The notes beneath the pieces were generated by a model. That model was not told the DNA's origin, searched no databases, and saw only the letters and a list, made by a program, of their open reading frames with translations. The translations under genes and the position numbers were made by a program. A stretch of DNA of 64,000 nt from positions 160,001 through 224,000 of the IMG/VR virus record IMGVR_UViG_3300025715_000009, one strand, 5' to 3'. Positions 10,046-18,676 of this stretch are shown here, piece after piece. The stretch's first letter is position 1; the number at the start of each line of letters is the position of its first letter. This DNA is from a virus (Duplodnaviria > Caudoviricetes).

Positions 10046-12112
10046 CTACCAATCTATTACTGACATATAACTAATGCGTGGTGCTGTGTTACCAGGATAT
10101 AAAACCTTAACAAGAATCATATATCCTGAATTGACTGTATAATTTGTTCCTAATGTAAATTGGAAATCACTTGTTGTTTGTATATCTCTATTTACCCAAC
10201 ACCCATCATCATCTGCTCCACTAAATGAAGAGAAGTTATAATCTCTTGTTAGGTCTAACCATCCAGTTTGAGATGGGGCTTTAATCCATACACGAACATC
10301 ACGATTATATAATTGTGTTTTTGTTATTCCTGTCATTCTTAATGTACCTGATGCATGTGATGAAGATGTATCTCTAAAAGCTCTTAAATAAACTTTATTT
10401 GTTTCAGATGCTATAAGAGAATAATCAGGGTTTCCACTTGGCATATAAGTAGAGAAATTCAATGTTGGGAAATAAAGTTCATCCATATAGAGTTGTAATC
10501 CAGCTCCATCATCATAAGTATCAAGAGATTGAGTACTATCCCATTGACCCGTTATTGTAGATGGAATTGAATTATATGCTAAATTTTGAAGACGATATTG
10601 TTCATCTCTGAAATGTTCAACCAAATCTGTAGATGCATTCCCATAAGACCAAATTAATATATTTTGTGATGCAGATTGAACTGCTGTATATGAACCATAT
10701 GGATCACGAGGTGTTGCAGTAATTCTTGCATTACTTGCCATTTGATTTGCTGCTTGACCTAAAGACCAATTTGATACTGACATTATTTCACCAATATCAG
10801 GGGGTGAAGAAACGCCAGATACAGCAACATTGTTATATGTTATTTCTGTTGATGACATTCCAGGCCACCCTGAAAATACTAAAGGAGCTCCTGATGAATG
10901 ATATACATTATCAAAAGCATCGCTTACAGTAACATCTACATCCCAAGTTGATCCTGTATCATAATATTTAACACCAGATAGATATTTAAATACTGGCGTA
11001 TCTTCTGTAATAATTGGTGTTGAAACAGATGGATTAGAGCCTGTATCTGTATCATAGAAAATATGAACTGATGCAGAAGTTTGTATCCCACCTTCTTGAG
11101 TTGATAATCCTTCATGTTTAATATAAATTTCACTATAACCTTGACGTAATAAAGCAGGATCAGTTATTTCTGCCCTTACTTGGAAACGTTGATAAAATTT
11201 AAAACCATTATGAGCTTGAACTGAAAGGACTTGGAAAGTACCTCCAGTAAATGTTACTACACCATTAGATATAACACTTCCTGTACCTTGAACATCATAT
11301 TCAGTTAAAATTTGAGATCCATCACGATTTGCAGGATTAAAATTTGCTCCTAAATCTATTGCAGCAATTACTGATCCATTGATATATAACTTGACTACAC
11401 CACGATCTCCATAATTAGAATAATTACCACCAGGGGTAGTAATTGTAAAAGTTGAATCTCTTGTTATGTAATTTACAACATCACCTGCAGGATCATCTGA
11501 TTTGTAATTTATATTAGATTGTGATAATCCACCAGTTACAAATGTAGTTCCAGCTACTGTAAGAGTTTGCCCATTCATAGAAAGAGGCGGATCTGGTGGA
11601 CCAATATAAGCCACATTTTTACCATTTTCAGTATCAATATATACATCATCTTCTGCTTGTACGAAAACAAGTTTTTCTATATTTTCTCCATATGGATCAT
11701 TATCATATTCTGTAACTACTAATGTTGATGTAGCTTGAGACCATTCAGCTGCTGTAGAATCCCAACGATAGAGAATTCCATTTTCACGAACAAGACGAAT
11801 GTCTCCATTTTCATTACCATTAATTGGAAGATTAGCAAAAGTAGCAACATTTGGTTTCCATTGATTTTTTAATGTCAATCTTTCAATAGCTATTGCTTTT
11901 GTAAAATCTCCAGTTGTATTACCGATATCAGTTGTAGAGAGAATCAATCCAGTAGCAGGGTTATCTGATAAATTAGTGACCATATCATCAGACAAATAAC
12001 CGTCAATATCATTAACATCAATTGTTATTGATTGACCATCTGCTATGACAATACCAAGATCATCAATGCTAACTTCTGCTCCTGTGCTGTTTTTAAGATA
12101 GTATTCAGCCAT
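10046..12112 (-). CDS. Virion structural protein
   Basis: N-terminus shared with 1210..4632; C-terminal ~500 aa shared with 22977..28025 (STDL.E.FRDE.YRL, TGWL.L, SGYMI). Confidence 0.7.
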   Translation of the reverse strand: MAEYYLKNSTGAEVSIDDLGIVIADGQSITIDVNDIDGYLSDDMVTNLSDNPATGLILSTTDIGNTTGDFTKAIAIERLTLKNQWKPNVATFANLPINGNENGDIRLVRENGILYRWDSTAAEWSQATSTLVVTEYDNDPYGENIEKLVFVQAEDDVYIDTENGKNVAYIGPPDPPLSMNGQTLTVAGTTFVTGGLSQSNINYKSDDPAGDVVNYITRDSTFTITTPGGNYSNYGDRGVVKLYINGSVIAAIDLGANFNPANRDGSQILTEYDVQGTGSVISNGVVTFTGGTFQVLSVQAHNGFKFYQRFQVRAEITDPALLRQGYSEIYIKHEGLSTQEGGIQTSASVHIFYDTDTGSNPSVSTPIITEDTPVFKYLSGVKYYDTGSTWDVDVTVSDAFDNVYHSSGAPLVFSGWPGMSSTEITYNNVAVSGVSSPPDIGEIMSVSNWSLGQAANQMASNARITATPRDPYGSYTAVQSASQNILIWSYGNASTDLVEHFRDEQYRLQNLAYNSIPSTITGQWDSTQSLDTYDDGAGLQLYMDELYFPTLNFSTYMPSGNPDYSLIASETNKVYLRAFRDTSSSHASGTLRMTGITKTQLYNRDVRVWIKAPSQTGWLDLTRDYNFSSFSGADDDGCWVNRDIQTTSDFQFTLGTNYTVNSGYMILVKVLYPGNTAPRISYMSVIDW

Positions 12113-12145
12113 TATTTACATACTCCTATTATAAGGGAACTTGTA

Positions 12146-12154
12146 ATTATCTTT
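12146..12154 (-). promoter_or_regulatory. AAAGATAAT candidate phage promoter
   Basis: Same motif recurs in most intergenic gaps (13068, 18614, 35590, 54920, 58010, 62689). Confidence 0.5.
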
Positions 12155-12191
12155 ATGTTTATTGAAGAAAAAGATAGTTTTTAGCAAGAAA

Positions 12192-12611
12192 TTATGACAG
12201 ATTTAATTTTGATATGATTTGTTTAAAATCTTGAAATTCAAAAATTATTTTTAATGTTTTATGTAAATTTTTTTTATAAGATACTTCCAAATTACCATAT
12301 TTTAATATTAAAATAAATATATCAACTAAATCTTTTTCTGAAAAATTTTCAACATTTTCCTGAAATGTCTTGTATGGTGTTTCTCTAAATGGTGGATCAA
12401 AATATTTTTGAGTGTTTATTCTTAAATTGGCTTTATTTTTAATAAGATATTTAGCTATTTCCGCCCCATCTTTATGTTTGCCAGTTAGACAATAAAACAA
12501 TAAAGTTCTACCATAACTATCTCTTGTATTAATATCAATATGATCAGAGATAATTAAACTTAAAACATCTTGTAGTTGACCCTTAGCCAACATTCTGTTT
12601 ATTTCAACCAT
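12192..12611 (-). CDS. Ankyrin-repeat protein
   Basis: DINTRDSYGRTLLFY...EIAKYLIKNKAN ankyrin pattern; C-terminal TLKIIF. Confidence 0.75.
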   Translation of the reverse strand: MVEINRMLAKGQLQDVLSLIISDHIDINTRDSYGRTLLFYCLTGKHKDGAEIAKYLIKNKANLRINTQKYFDPPFRETPYKTFQENVENFSEKDLVDIFILILKYGNLEVSYKKNLHKTLKIIFEFQDFKQIISKLNLS

Positions 12612-12614
12612 GAT

Positions 12615-12836
12615 TTATAATTCACCAATTTTTGCTGTAAAGATATATTTAATAAATTTTCTCAGATGTTGCTTTTTAGCTGGAATATAATCAAATACTC
12701 TTATTCTATCATAAGATAAATAATCTATTTCTAATTTATTAATATCTTTGTCATATAATATAATTATACTAATAGGTTTAACATGTAAAAAGAGGCACTC
12801 AAAAGTATATTTAGTTCTTTTAGCGTAATTCCACAT
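12615..12836 (-). CDS. Small hypothetical protein, tandem paralogue of 12843..13064
   Basis: Both begin MWNY and share ECLFL.VKPISII.LYD and AKKQHLRKFIKYIFTA.IGE. Confidence 0.7.
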   Translation of the reverse strand: MWNYAKRTKYTFECLFLHVKPISIIILYDKDINKLEIDYLSYDRIRVFDYIPAKKQHLRKFIKYIFTAKIGEL

Positions 12837-12842
12837 AATATT

Positions 12843-13064
12843 TTATATCTCACCAATTTCTGCTGTAAAGATATATTTAATGAATTTTCTTAAATGTTGT
12901 TTTTTAGCAGAAGTAAATTCTCTTATTACTACTAAATCATATTTTTTATGTCGTATTTCGAGTATATTAAATTTTTCATCATATAATAATATTATACTAA
13001 TTGGTTTAACGTTTAAAAAGAGACATTCGTATTTATATTTATTTCCTGGTGTATAATTCCACAT
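12843..13064 (-). CDS. Small hypothetical protein, tandem paralogue of 12615..12836
   Basis: Start moved to MWNY (13064); the longer ORF would cross a terminator. Confidence 0.7.
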   Translation of the reverse strand: MWNYTPGNKYKYECLFLNVKPISIILLYDEKFNILEIRHKKYDLVVIREFTSAKKQHLRKFIKYIFTAEIGEI

Positions 13065-13067
13065 AAT

Positions 13068-13075
13068 ATTATCTT
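13068..13075 (-). promoter_or_regulatory. AAGATAAT candidate promoter, 3 nt before ATG (probably leaderless)
   Basis: Directly follows a terminator U-tract; no SD. Confidence 0.5.
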
Positions 13076-13077
13076 GC

Positions 13078-13106
13078 AAAAAAAAAGAGAGCAAGATGCT
13101 CTCTTT
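13078..13106 (-). terminator. Intrinsic terminator
   Basis: GAGAGCA-TCT-TGCTCTC stem-loop followed by T9 on the minus strand. Confidence 0.85.
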
Positions 13107-13124
13107 AAAATAAAACAACAATTA

Positions 13125-13394
13125 TTATACTTTATTGCCTTGTAATAATATCTTGGCAGCTATATTTGGTTCAGGATCAATTAAAATTCCACCTTTTAAC
13201 CAATCACAAAAATCATCCATTTTCATCTCTTGTTGGTTTACATATTGTCCATCTTTGCTAACACGACAAACAACATAAAGATCATTTTCATCTCCATCTT
13301 TAGGAGCGTATTTTGTTACATCGATAACACGGATGACATCTGCTCCATCAAAAACAACTGGAGGCATTGTAACTTGAAACATTCTTCCAATCAT
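13125..13394 (-). CDS. Hypothetical protein (C-terminal AAKILL)
   Basis: ORF track; SD GAGG. Confidence 0.6.
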   Translation of the reverse strand: MIGRMFQVTMPPVVFDGADVIRVIDVTKYAPKDGDENDLYVVCRVSKDGQYVNQQEMKMDDFCDWLKGGILIDPEPNIAAKILLQGNKV

Positions 13395-13396
13395 AT

Positions 13397-13699
13397 TTAC
13401 CTCTTCATTTGTAATCTAAATTTTGCTTCATCGCTTATATTATCAAATTTTACTAAATAAATTCTATTCTTTTTTTTACTATCTATTAAAAATCCTTGAA
13501 GTGATATTTGTCCAATGAATTGTAAGTTTATATCATAATTATCTATGAGAAAAAATAATGTATCTTGTATCATTCCAACATCTAAAATATGATAATATCT
13601 ACTAAAAGAAGAAGTCATAGTATCAAATGATAATGAATCATATAAAATATCATTTGGGCGTATATCTTCTACTGATTTTATTTCAATTAACTCAGACAT
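13397..13699 (-). CDS. Hypothetical protein (C-terminal EAKFRL)
   Basis: ORF track; overlaps the topoisomerase stop. Confidence 0.55.
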   Translation of the reverse strand: MSELIEIKSVEDIRPNDILYDSLSFDTMTSSFSRYYHILDVGMIQDTLFFLIDNYDINLQFIGQISLQGFLIDSKKKNRIYLVKFDNISDEAKFRLQMKR

Positions 13700-15455
13700 T
13701 TGGATATTTTTTATAAAAATCTGACTCTACATCCTTGGCCCATTCAAAACGAGCTTGTACTGATGGAGTATAAAGGCGCTTGATATCTACATTATTATCC
13801 TTACACCAACTAATACCAATCCTCGGATCAGAATAATTCAGTTTAGATGTACCAAGAGCAACGCCCTTGGTTTTTTCTTTCATATCAATTTTAGATTGAA
13901 GGTCATTAATTCTTTCTTCGAGCTTATTTAGCTTTTTAGTAAGAGCTTCCTCTTTCTTTTTATATGTTTCTTTAGCTCTCCTTATACTATCTTTTTTTCT
14001 ATCACCAGTATACTTCTCAGCAAAGGAGATACGCTTATCTCTTTCTTGTTTGAGAAGATCAAGCTCTTGTTTGAGAGATGCCTTAATATTTTTAAATTCA
14101 TTTTTATATGTCTTAAGCTTATCCTTCATGTTCTGCAGAGAGCGTTCATATGCTTCAGAAACAGCAGATTGGTGATTAAGCTTAAGAGCAACTTCTAAAT
14201 TGGCATTAACATAATACTCAAGTTTTTTCTTCTCAGAAAGAGAAGAATTGATTTTTTGAGCTTGTAATTCCTTGGCTAGAAGAACAGAGCCGGTAGCTGT
14301 TCTAAATTGTTTCGCAGTGAGACCAGGAAGTACCATACCCAAGAATTCATTGACATCAGAACTTGTAATTGAATCAAAAACTTGTTCACTTTTTCCTTTA
14401 CCATTAATAAACTCCTCTATATTACGAATTGCATTAATATGCAAATTCTCTACACGATTATGGTAGCGAATGCTATCTTTGCCAAGAAAATCAAAAACAA
14501 CTGCTGTCCCATCAACTTGAATATGCTCTACTCTCAGAGTAGTAGCACCCACGGTATCAGCTTCGTCTTCATCTTTTTCATCTCCTACACGAATACTCAT
14601 TTTGGCAATGAGCTCGCAGACAGTTGCAATTTGACGAGTAGAACGATCACGAGATGCAAGTTTCTTTTCAATAAATGAATTTACTTTATCAAAGTTATTT
14701 GCCAGCTCTATTGCCTTGGCAAATTTCTTTTCAGCTGATTTGTGAGATACAATAGAAGTAGCAGAAAAGAGGATTGGTTTAAATTTGCCAGTAAGAGGAC
14801 AATACCACCCAGCAGTAAAAAGACTATTTTGATTCTCTTCTACCCTCTTCCAAGAATGACCTTCAGGAGGAGAAGGAGGGTTAAGATTGAGAGAGTGGTT
14901 AATTATAACATCTTCAGGGGCGATTGCTCTTTTCCATGAACCACGAAGAGGATGATTACCTCTCCCAAGGAAAAGGCCAGCAGGTTCAACCACATAATTA
15001 CCAAGAGGAACTTTTTGACCATCAAGTTCAGCAAAACCATGAATAGCTTTTAGCTCTTCTCTCTTCCTCTTCTCTTCTTCTTTTACCTCTTTCCCAATCT
15101 GCTTTTTTTCATCTCTTTGAGCAATATAAATTCGTCGTAGTTTAGTAAAATCCCAGTCTTCAGGAAACTTAGATTTCTTTATCTCTTCATAATCAAGGTA
15201 GTTGTTAAGAGTAGAATTAGCAAGACCATCAGAAAATGTTTTGATAAAGTCTTTAAAAAAATTCTTTTGAAAAGTTTTGTCTTTTACATATGGTGTTTCA
15301 AATTTAGCAACCCAAGCCCATGCCATTTCTTCTTGTTTGGAAGTGAAAACAAATTCTTTATCAAACAGCTTAAAACAGGCACCCTTAAACTGATAAGGTT
15401 TAGGGAATACAGGGCCATTATGTTTAAGTGTTTTCCATTTTTCTGCCATATTCAT
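13692..15455 (-). CDS. DNA topoisomerase IB, long (eukaryote/archaea-like) form
   Basis: KWKTLKHNGPVFP; EPAGLFLGRGNHP; catalytic R (IRVGDEK), K (FLGKDSI), R (TAKQFRT), H (LNHQ), coiled-coil linker, Y in GTSKLNYSDPRI. Confidence 0.95.
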   Translation of the reverse strand: MNMAEKWKTLKHNGPVFPKPYQFKGACFKLFDKEFVFTSKQEEMAWAWVAKFETPYVKDKTFQKNFFKDFIKTFSDGLANSTLNNYLDYEEIKKSKFPEDWDFTKLRRIYIAQRDEKKQIGKEVKEEEKRKREELKAIHGFAELDGQKVPLGNYVVEPAGLFLGRGNHPLRGSWKRAIAPEDVIINHSLNLNPPSPPEGHSWKRVEENQNSLFTAGWYCPLTGKFKPILFSATSIVSHKSAEKKFAKAIELANNFDKVNSFIEKKLASRDRSTRQIATVCELIAKMSIRVGDEKDEDEADTVGATTLRVEHIQVDGTAVVFDFLGKDSIRYHNRVENLHINAIRNIEEFINGKGKSEQVFDSITSSDVNEFLGMVLPGLTAKQFRTATGSVLLAKELQAQKINSSLSEKKKLEYYVNANLEVALKLNHQSAVSEAYERSLQNMKDKLKTYKNEFKNIKASLKQELDLLKQERDKRISFAEKYTGDRKKDSIRRAKETYKKKEEALTKKLNKLEERINDLQSKIDMKEKTKGVALGTSKLNYSDPRIGISWCKDNNVDIKRLYTPSVQARFEWAKDVESDFYKKYPNV

Positions 15456-15470
15456 ATTATAATCCTTTTA

Positions 15471-16019
15471 TTAATTCTCTAAATTAAGTAATAGTTTGGC
15501 TGCTCTTGCTTGCAAACGATCAAAATCATCAATGAATAAAAATATATCATAACTCCAATGGCCATAACTCCCACTACCAGACCCTGTGTTTAATGGTATA
15601 GGATATATATTATTTTTATAACTAGGAAGATATTCTCCTTTACTTGTATAAGTTTTTCCACTTATCCTGCCTCTATATCCAGGATAACCAAATGGGAGTT
15701 CAGGTTTATTATGCCAGTTTGTTGGTTTTCCTACTGGAGCATGATGACTATTAGACACCTCTGGATTAAATGTGACATCAAGAGATATATCATCAATATG
15801 GTCATCATACATTTCTTTAAGAAAATCATTTATCACTTCAAGATAGTTATCTAAATCAAAGTTTTTATAAAATTTTGCAACTGCATTTGCATAATTATTT
15901 TTTCTAAATTCTTCTAAAGCAGCTTCTTTTCTACAAATATCTTCATGCTCAAAAGCTTTTTTTATATTAGAGAATTTCTTTTTACAGTACTCACATTGAT
16001 AATGCTCAACTATAATCAT
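15471..16019 (-). CDS. Zinc-finger phage protein (C-terminal AAKLLL)
   Basis: YQCEYC...HEDIC finger; VSNSHHAP..GYPGYRGRI motif. Confidence 0.6.
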   Translation of the reverse strand: MIIVEHYQCEYCKKKFSNIKKAFEHEDICRKEAALEEFRKNNYANAVAKFYKNFDLDNYLEVINDFLKEMYDDHIDDISLDVTFNPEVSNSHHAPVGKPTNWHNKPELPFGYPGYRGRISGKTYTSKGEYLPSYKNNIYPIPLNTGSGSGSYGHWSYDIFLFIDDFDRLQARAAKLLLNLEN

Positions 16020-16020
16020 C

Positions 16021-16293
16021 TTAATGCTCCAATAAATATTTAGCCATTATTACATCAAATTCATCTTTTGTTATTACTTTTATAGCTGTTTTTAATAATC
16101 TATTTATCCCAGCCAAGTTATGAACAATATCACCCTCTGTTAAACCATAACTTGAAAAATAATAAAATTTAACTTTATATTCATAAGTTTTATCTGTCTT
16201 TCTTCTTGAGTATAAAAAATAATATTCATCGTCATCATCTTTTACATTATGTCTTTTACAAACAAATACTTGACCAACTTTATGCACCTTCAT
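16021..16293 (-). CDS. Hypothetical protein (C-terminal MAKYLL)
   Basis: ORF track; SD AAGGAG. Confidence 0.55.
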   Translation of the reverse strand: MKVHKVGQVFVCKRHNVKDDDDEYYFLYSRRKTDKTYEYKVKFYYFSSYGLTEGDIVHNLAGINRLLKTAIKVITKDEFDVIMAKYLLEH

Positions 16294-16639
16294 TTAATTG
16301 CTCCTTGGCAATAACATCCCACCCTATTTTAACTATTGATCCAACATAAATTTTATGATCTAAAACTCTTTTTGGCACCCATTTAATCAACTCATCTGGG
16401 TCTTTCATATTACTAAAACTCCAAGTATAATACTTGGTGTCTGTTTTGCCTTTTTCACAAAATAATCTTATTTTATAAATAAATTTTTTATTAAATTTTC
16501 TTTTATCTACTATTTCCATATACTTTAAAGAATTATATGGAAAAAATTGGGTTGTTCTTCCCAATCCATCTTTCGAGACATCACTATCAAACCCATAACT
16601 TTTGGGACAAGTAAAAACATCACCAACTTCGAACATCAA
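16280..16639 (-). CDS. Hypothetical protein (C-terminal IAKEQL)
   Basis: ORF track; SD GGAG; FEVGD start typical of SH3-like phage orphans. Confidence 0.55.
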   Translation of the reverse strand: MMFEVGDVFTCPKSYGFDSDVSKDGLGRTTQFFPYNSLKYMEIVDKRKFNKKFIYKIRLFCEKGKTDTKYYTWSFSNMKDPDELIKWVPKRVLDHKIYVGSIVKIGWDVIAKEQLNEGA

Positions 16640-16829
16640 AACTCCAATTTTCGCATATACTACAAGAAGGATCTATATCATCAATATTTATTTGATTAGC
16701 ATCACAATATATATAACCTTTACCTTTAATCAAATAATAACAATTAATACATAGTTTAACATCTTGATTATTTAATAATTCCTTGGCCAAAAAATTGACT
16801 GGCCATTGTTGGGGAACTACTCTTCTCAA
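16620..16829 (-). CDS. Small Cys-rich hypothetical protein
   Basis: CINC, YC and CSIC; ATGA coupling. Confidence 0.55.
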   Translation of the reverse strand: MRRVVPQQWPVNFLAKELLNNQDVKLCINCYYLIKGKGYIYCDANQINIDDIDPSCSICENWSFDVRSW

Positions 16830-17011
16830 ACGTTTTCTACCCCAGTAATCTTAATTCCATATTCATCTTTTTCCCAAGTGAATTGGAATTTTTTCCTCTT
16901 ATCCACCCAATCTTCAAGAGAGTCAAGATGTCCATCATCAGTAATGAGCATATTATACTCTTTACAAAGATCAGCAAATTTTTCTAAAAATTCATGCTGG
17001 AATCTATTCAT
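16826..17011 (-). CDS. Small hypothetical protein
   Basis: Start moved to MNRFQ (17011), which follows SD AAGGAG. Confidence 0.55.
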   Translation of the reverse strand: MNRFQHEFLEKFADLCKEYNMLITDDGHLDSLEDWVDKRKKFQFTWEKDEYGIKITGVENV

Positions 17012-17201
17012 CTCTTCTCTCCTTGATAAATTTATTGATATCAATTTCTTGACCATTAAAATAAAAATGATCACCAGAAAATGGACGCAAAATAGCTTTG
17101 ATTAGTTGAATAATATAAGTTAATATTGTGGATAAAATTATTATTCCACCTAAAAATATCCAAAAACCATTAAATAATAATAGTTGTAATATCTCAATCA
17201 T
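17004..17201 (-). CDS. Small membrane protein
   Basis: Long hydrophobic N-terminal segment; ATGA-type coupling. Confidence 0.6.
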   Translation of the reverse strand: MIEILQLLLFNGFWIFLGGIIILSTILTYIIQLIKAILRPFSGDHFYFNGQEIDINKFIKERRDE

Positions 17202-17821
17202 TTAAATAATTCTCCCTTAGAATTATACCAGAAAACAAAATCAAGAGCAAAAACAGGAATATTAATATCATGGGCAAAATCAATCATTTTACTTTCAATT
17301 TCTAAATATGCTTTTTTATTCATATGCCTAGGAACTTCAGGGATGACTTTGTTAGCTACAAGATTTCTAAGAATATGGCGATCAAGAATACAAATTTCAT
17401 CACCAAAACCAACATTTCTAAGAAAATGACTTGCTTCTTTCATGCCCAATCCATTAATAGTATCTGCAAGCCAATTTCTTGTTTCTACTACTCCGATCTC
17501 TGCAATTTTATTTTCAACTATATTTTTAATATTGCTATATTGATTAATTGCTTGAGCAATATACTTGGCTTTGTTTTTATTAAATCTTACACCAGCTGCA
17601 CTTAATTCTTGCTGAATTAGATATTGATCTGGTATATTTAAAAGATTTGACTTAGTAAGATATTGAACTGCTTTCCACCCACACTTAGCATTTGTTTGTG
17701 GAGTGCAAAGACAAAACACAAGTTCTGAAAATACTTCTTGTCCACCTAATTTCCAAATTGTTTTAAATGTTAGGTATCGTTGATCAATCTCTGGTTTAAT
17801 TTGTTTGTAGATCTGCAACAT
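17198..17821 (-). CDS. ogg: 8-oxoguanine DNA glycosylase/AP lyase (OGG2 type, HhH-GPD)
   Basis: FSELVFCLCTP, GVRF..NKAKYI, HhH GLGMKEASHFLRNVG, ILDRHILR, LD..FW and C-terminal Lys. Confidence 0.9.
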   Translation of the reverse strand: MLQIYKQIKPEIDQRYLTFKTIWKLGGQEVFSELVFCLCTPQTNAKCGWKAVQYLTKSNLLNIPDQYLIQQELSAAGVRFNKNKAKYIAQAINQYSNIKNIVENKIAEIGVVETRNWLADTINGLGMKEASHFLRNVGFGDEICILDRHILRNLVANKVIPEVPRHMNKKAYLEIESKMIDFAHDINIPVFALDFVFWYNSKGELFK

Positions 17822-18362
17822 GTTCTCCCCTATGATAAATAAAATCTAAATATATTTTGACAAATGATTCATTGATAGTATAATAATCATATTCATCATT
17901 TCTTATAACTGGCAATACAGATGAAGAGAGTAAAAGCGTTTTAACCCATATAATATCACTATCTATATTTGTTATACATTCTTCTAATTCTTGATAAAAT
18001 AAAAATCCAATGTCTGTAAACTCATAATAATAACTTGGTTCATAAAATAATTTTAATAATCCAGCAGCTTCAAATCCTTCAACCAACTCTCTAGAAAGTT
18101 TCAATCCAAAATGAATTAAACGTTCATTGTTATCATAATCTTGAACAGTGCTACATGCTCTAAGTAATTTAATATGAGGAATTTTACCAAATTTATAATG
18201 TTTAGCATCTTCAGTGCTTATCGTAGTGAGAATTTTAAAATATAACATTAATGCTATCGCATTGTTATCAGATACTTCTTTATCATTAGATGCAAAAATT
18301 GGGAGTATTTTATTATCTGATAATAGTTTAATGAATTTTTGTTTATTGACTTCTATATCCAT
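17796..18362 (-). CDS. Protein with a ribosomal bL12 C-terminal-like motif
   Basis: KIPHIKLLR...GLKLSRELVE resembles bL12 KI..IK.VR...GLKEAK.LVE; start moved to ATG 18362. Confidence 0.45.
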   Translation of the reverse strand: MDIEVNKQKFIKLLSDNKILPIFASNDKEVSDNNAIALMLYFKILTTISTEDAKHYKFGKIPHIKLLRACSTVQDYDNNERLIHFGLKLSRELVEGFEAAGLLKLFYEPSYYYEFTDIGFLFYQELEECITNIDSDIIWVKTLLLSSSVLPVIRNDEYDYYTINESFVKIYLDFIYHRGEHVADLQTN

Positions 18363-18368
18363 GTGGAT

Positions 18369-18397
18369 ATTATACAATAGATAGGATATATTCTAAA
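18369..18397 (-). promoter_or_regulatory. Sigma70-type promoter, leaderless
   Basis: TTTAGA-17 nt-TATAAT, then 6 nt to ATG 18362. Confidence 0.6.
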
Positions 18398-18404
18398 TAA
18401 TAAA

Positions 18405-18587
18405 TCAGTGGGTAGAGGCTTCAACAAAGAATTGAAGTTGTTCAAGTAATTCTTGTTTTGGTAGTAAATTCTTTTTTAAAATTACTTGACCAGCCTTCTC
18501 ATGATTGTTCTGTGAAAAAGAGAGTATCTCTTTTTTCAAATTCTTGTCTATTTTACCCCTTGACTCCAAGAAATCCAAAAAATCCAT
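18405..18587 (-). CDS. Stand-alone degenerate MshEN-like protein
   Basis: FLDFLESRGKI...IL / KAGQVILKKNLL...LLEQLQ tandem pattern; SD GGAG. Confidence 0.5.
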   Translation of the reverse strand: MDFLDFLESRGKIDKNLKKEILSFSQNNHEKAGQVILKKNLLPKQELLEQLQFFVEASTH

Positions 18588-18613
18588 GGCTTCTCCATCT
18601 GAACGAATATATT

Positions 18614-18621
18614 ATTATCTT
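18614..18621 (-). promoter_or_regulatory. AAGATAAT candidate promoter
   Basis: Between a terminator and the 18587 start. Confidence 0.5.
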
Positions 18622-18634
18622 ATGTAGAAACAAT

Positions 18635-18661
18635 AAAAAAGAGAGCAAAAAGCTCTCTTTT
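18635..18661 (-). terminator. Intrinsic terminator
   Basis: GAGAGC-T5-GCTCTC plus T6 on the minus strand. Confidence 0.8.
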
Positions 18662-18676
18662 GTAAAAATTAACTAA

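Noticed and set aside
13692-17821. Archaeal virus or eukaryotic giant virus origin suggested by TopIB, OGG2, ankyrin and MORN genes
   Set aside because: Sigma70-type promoters, stem-loop U-tract terminators, STAS and MshEN genes, SD sites and myovirus baseplate genes favour a bacterial host; not formally excluded
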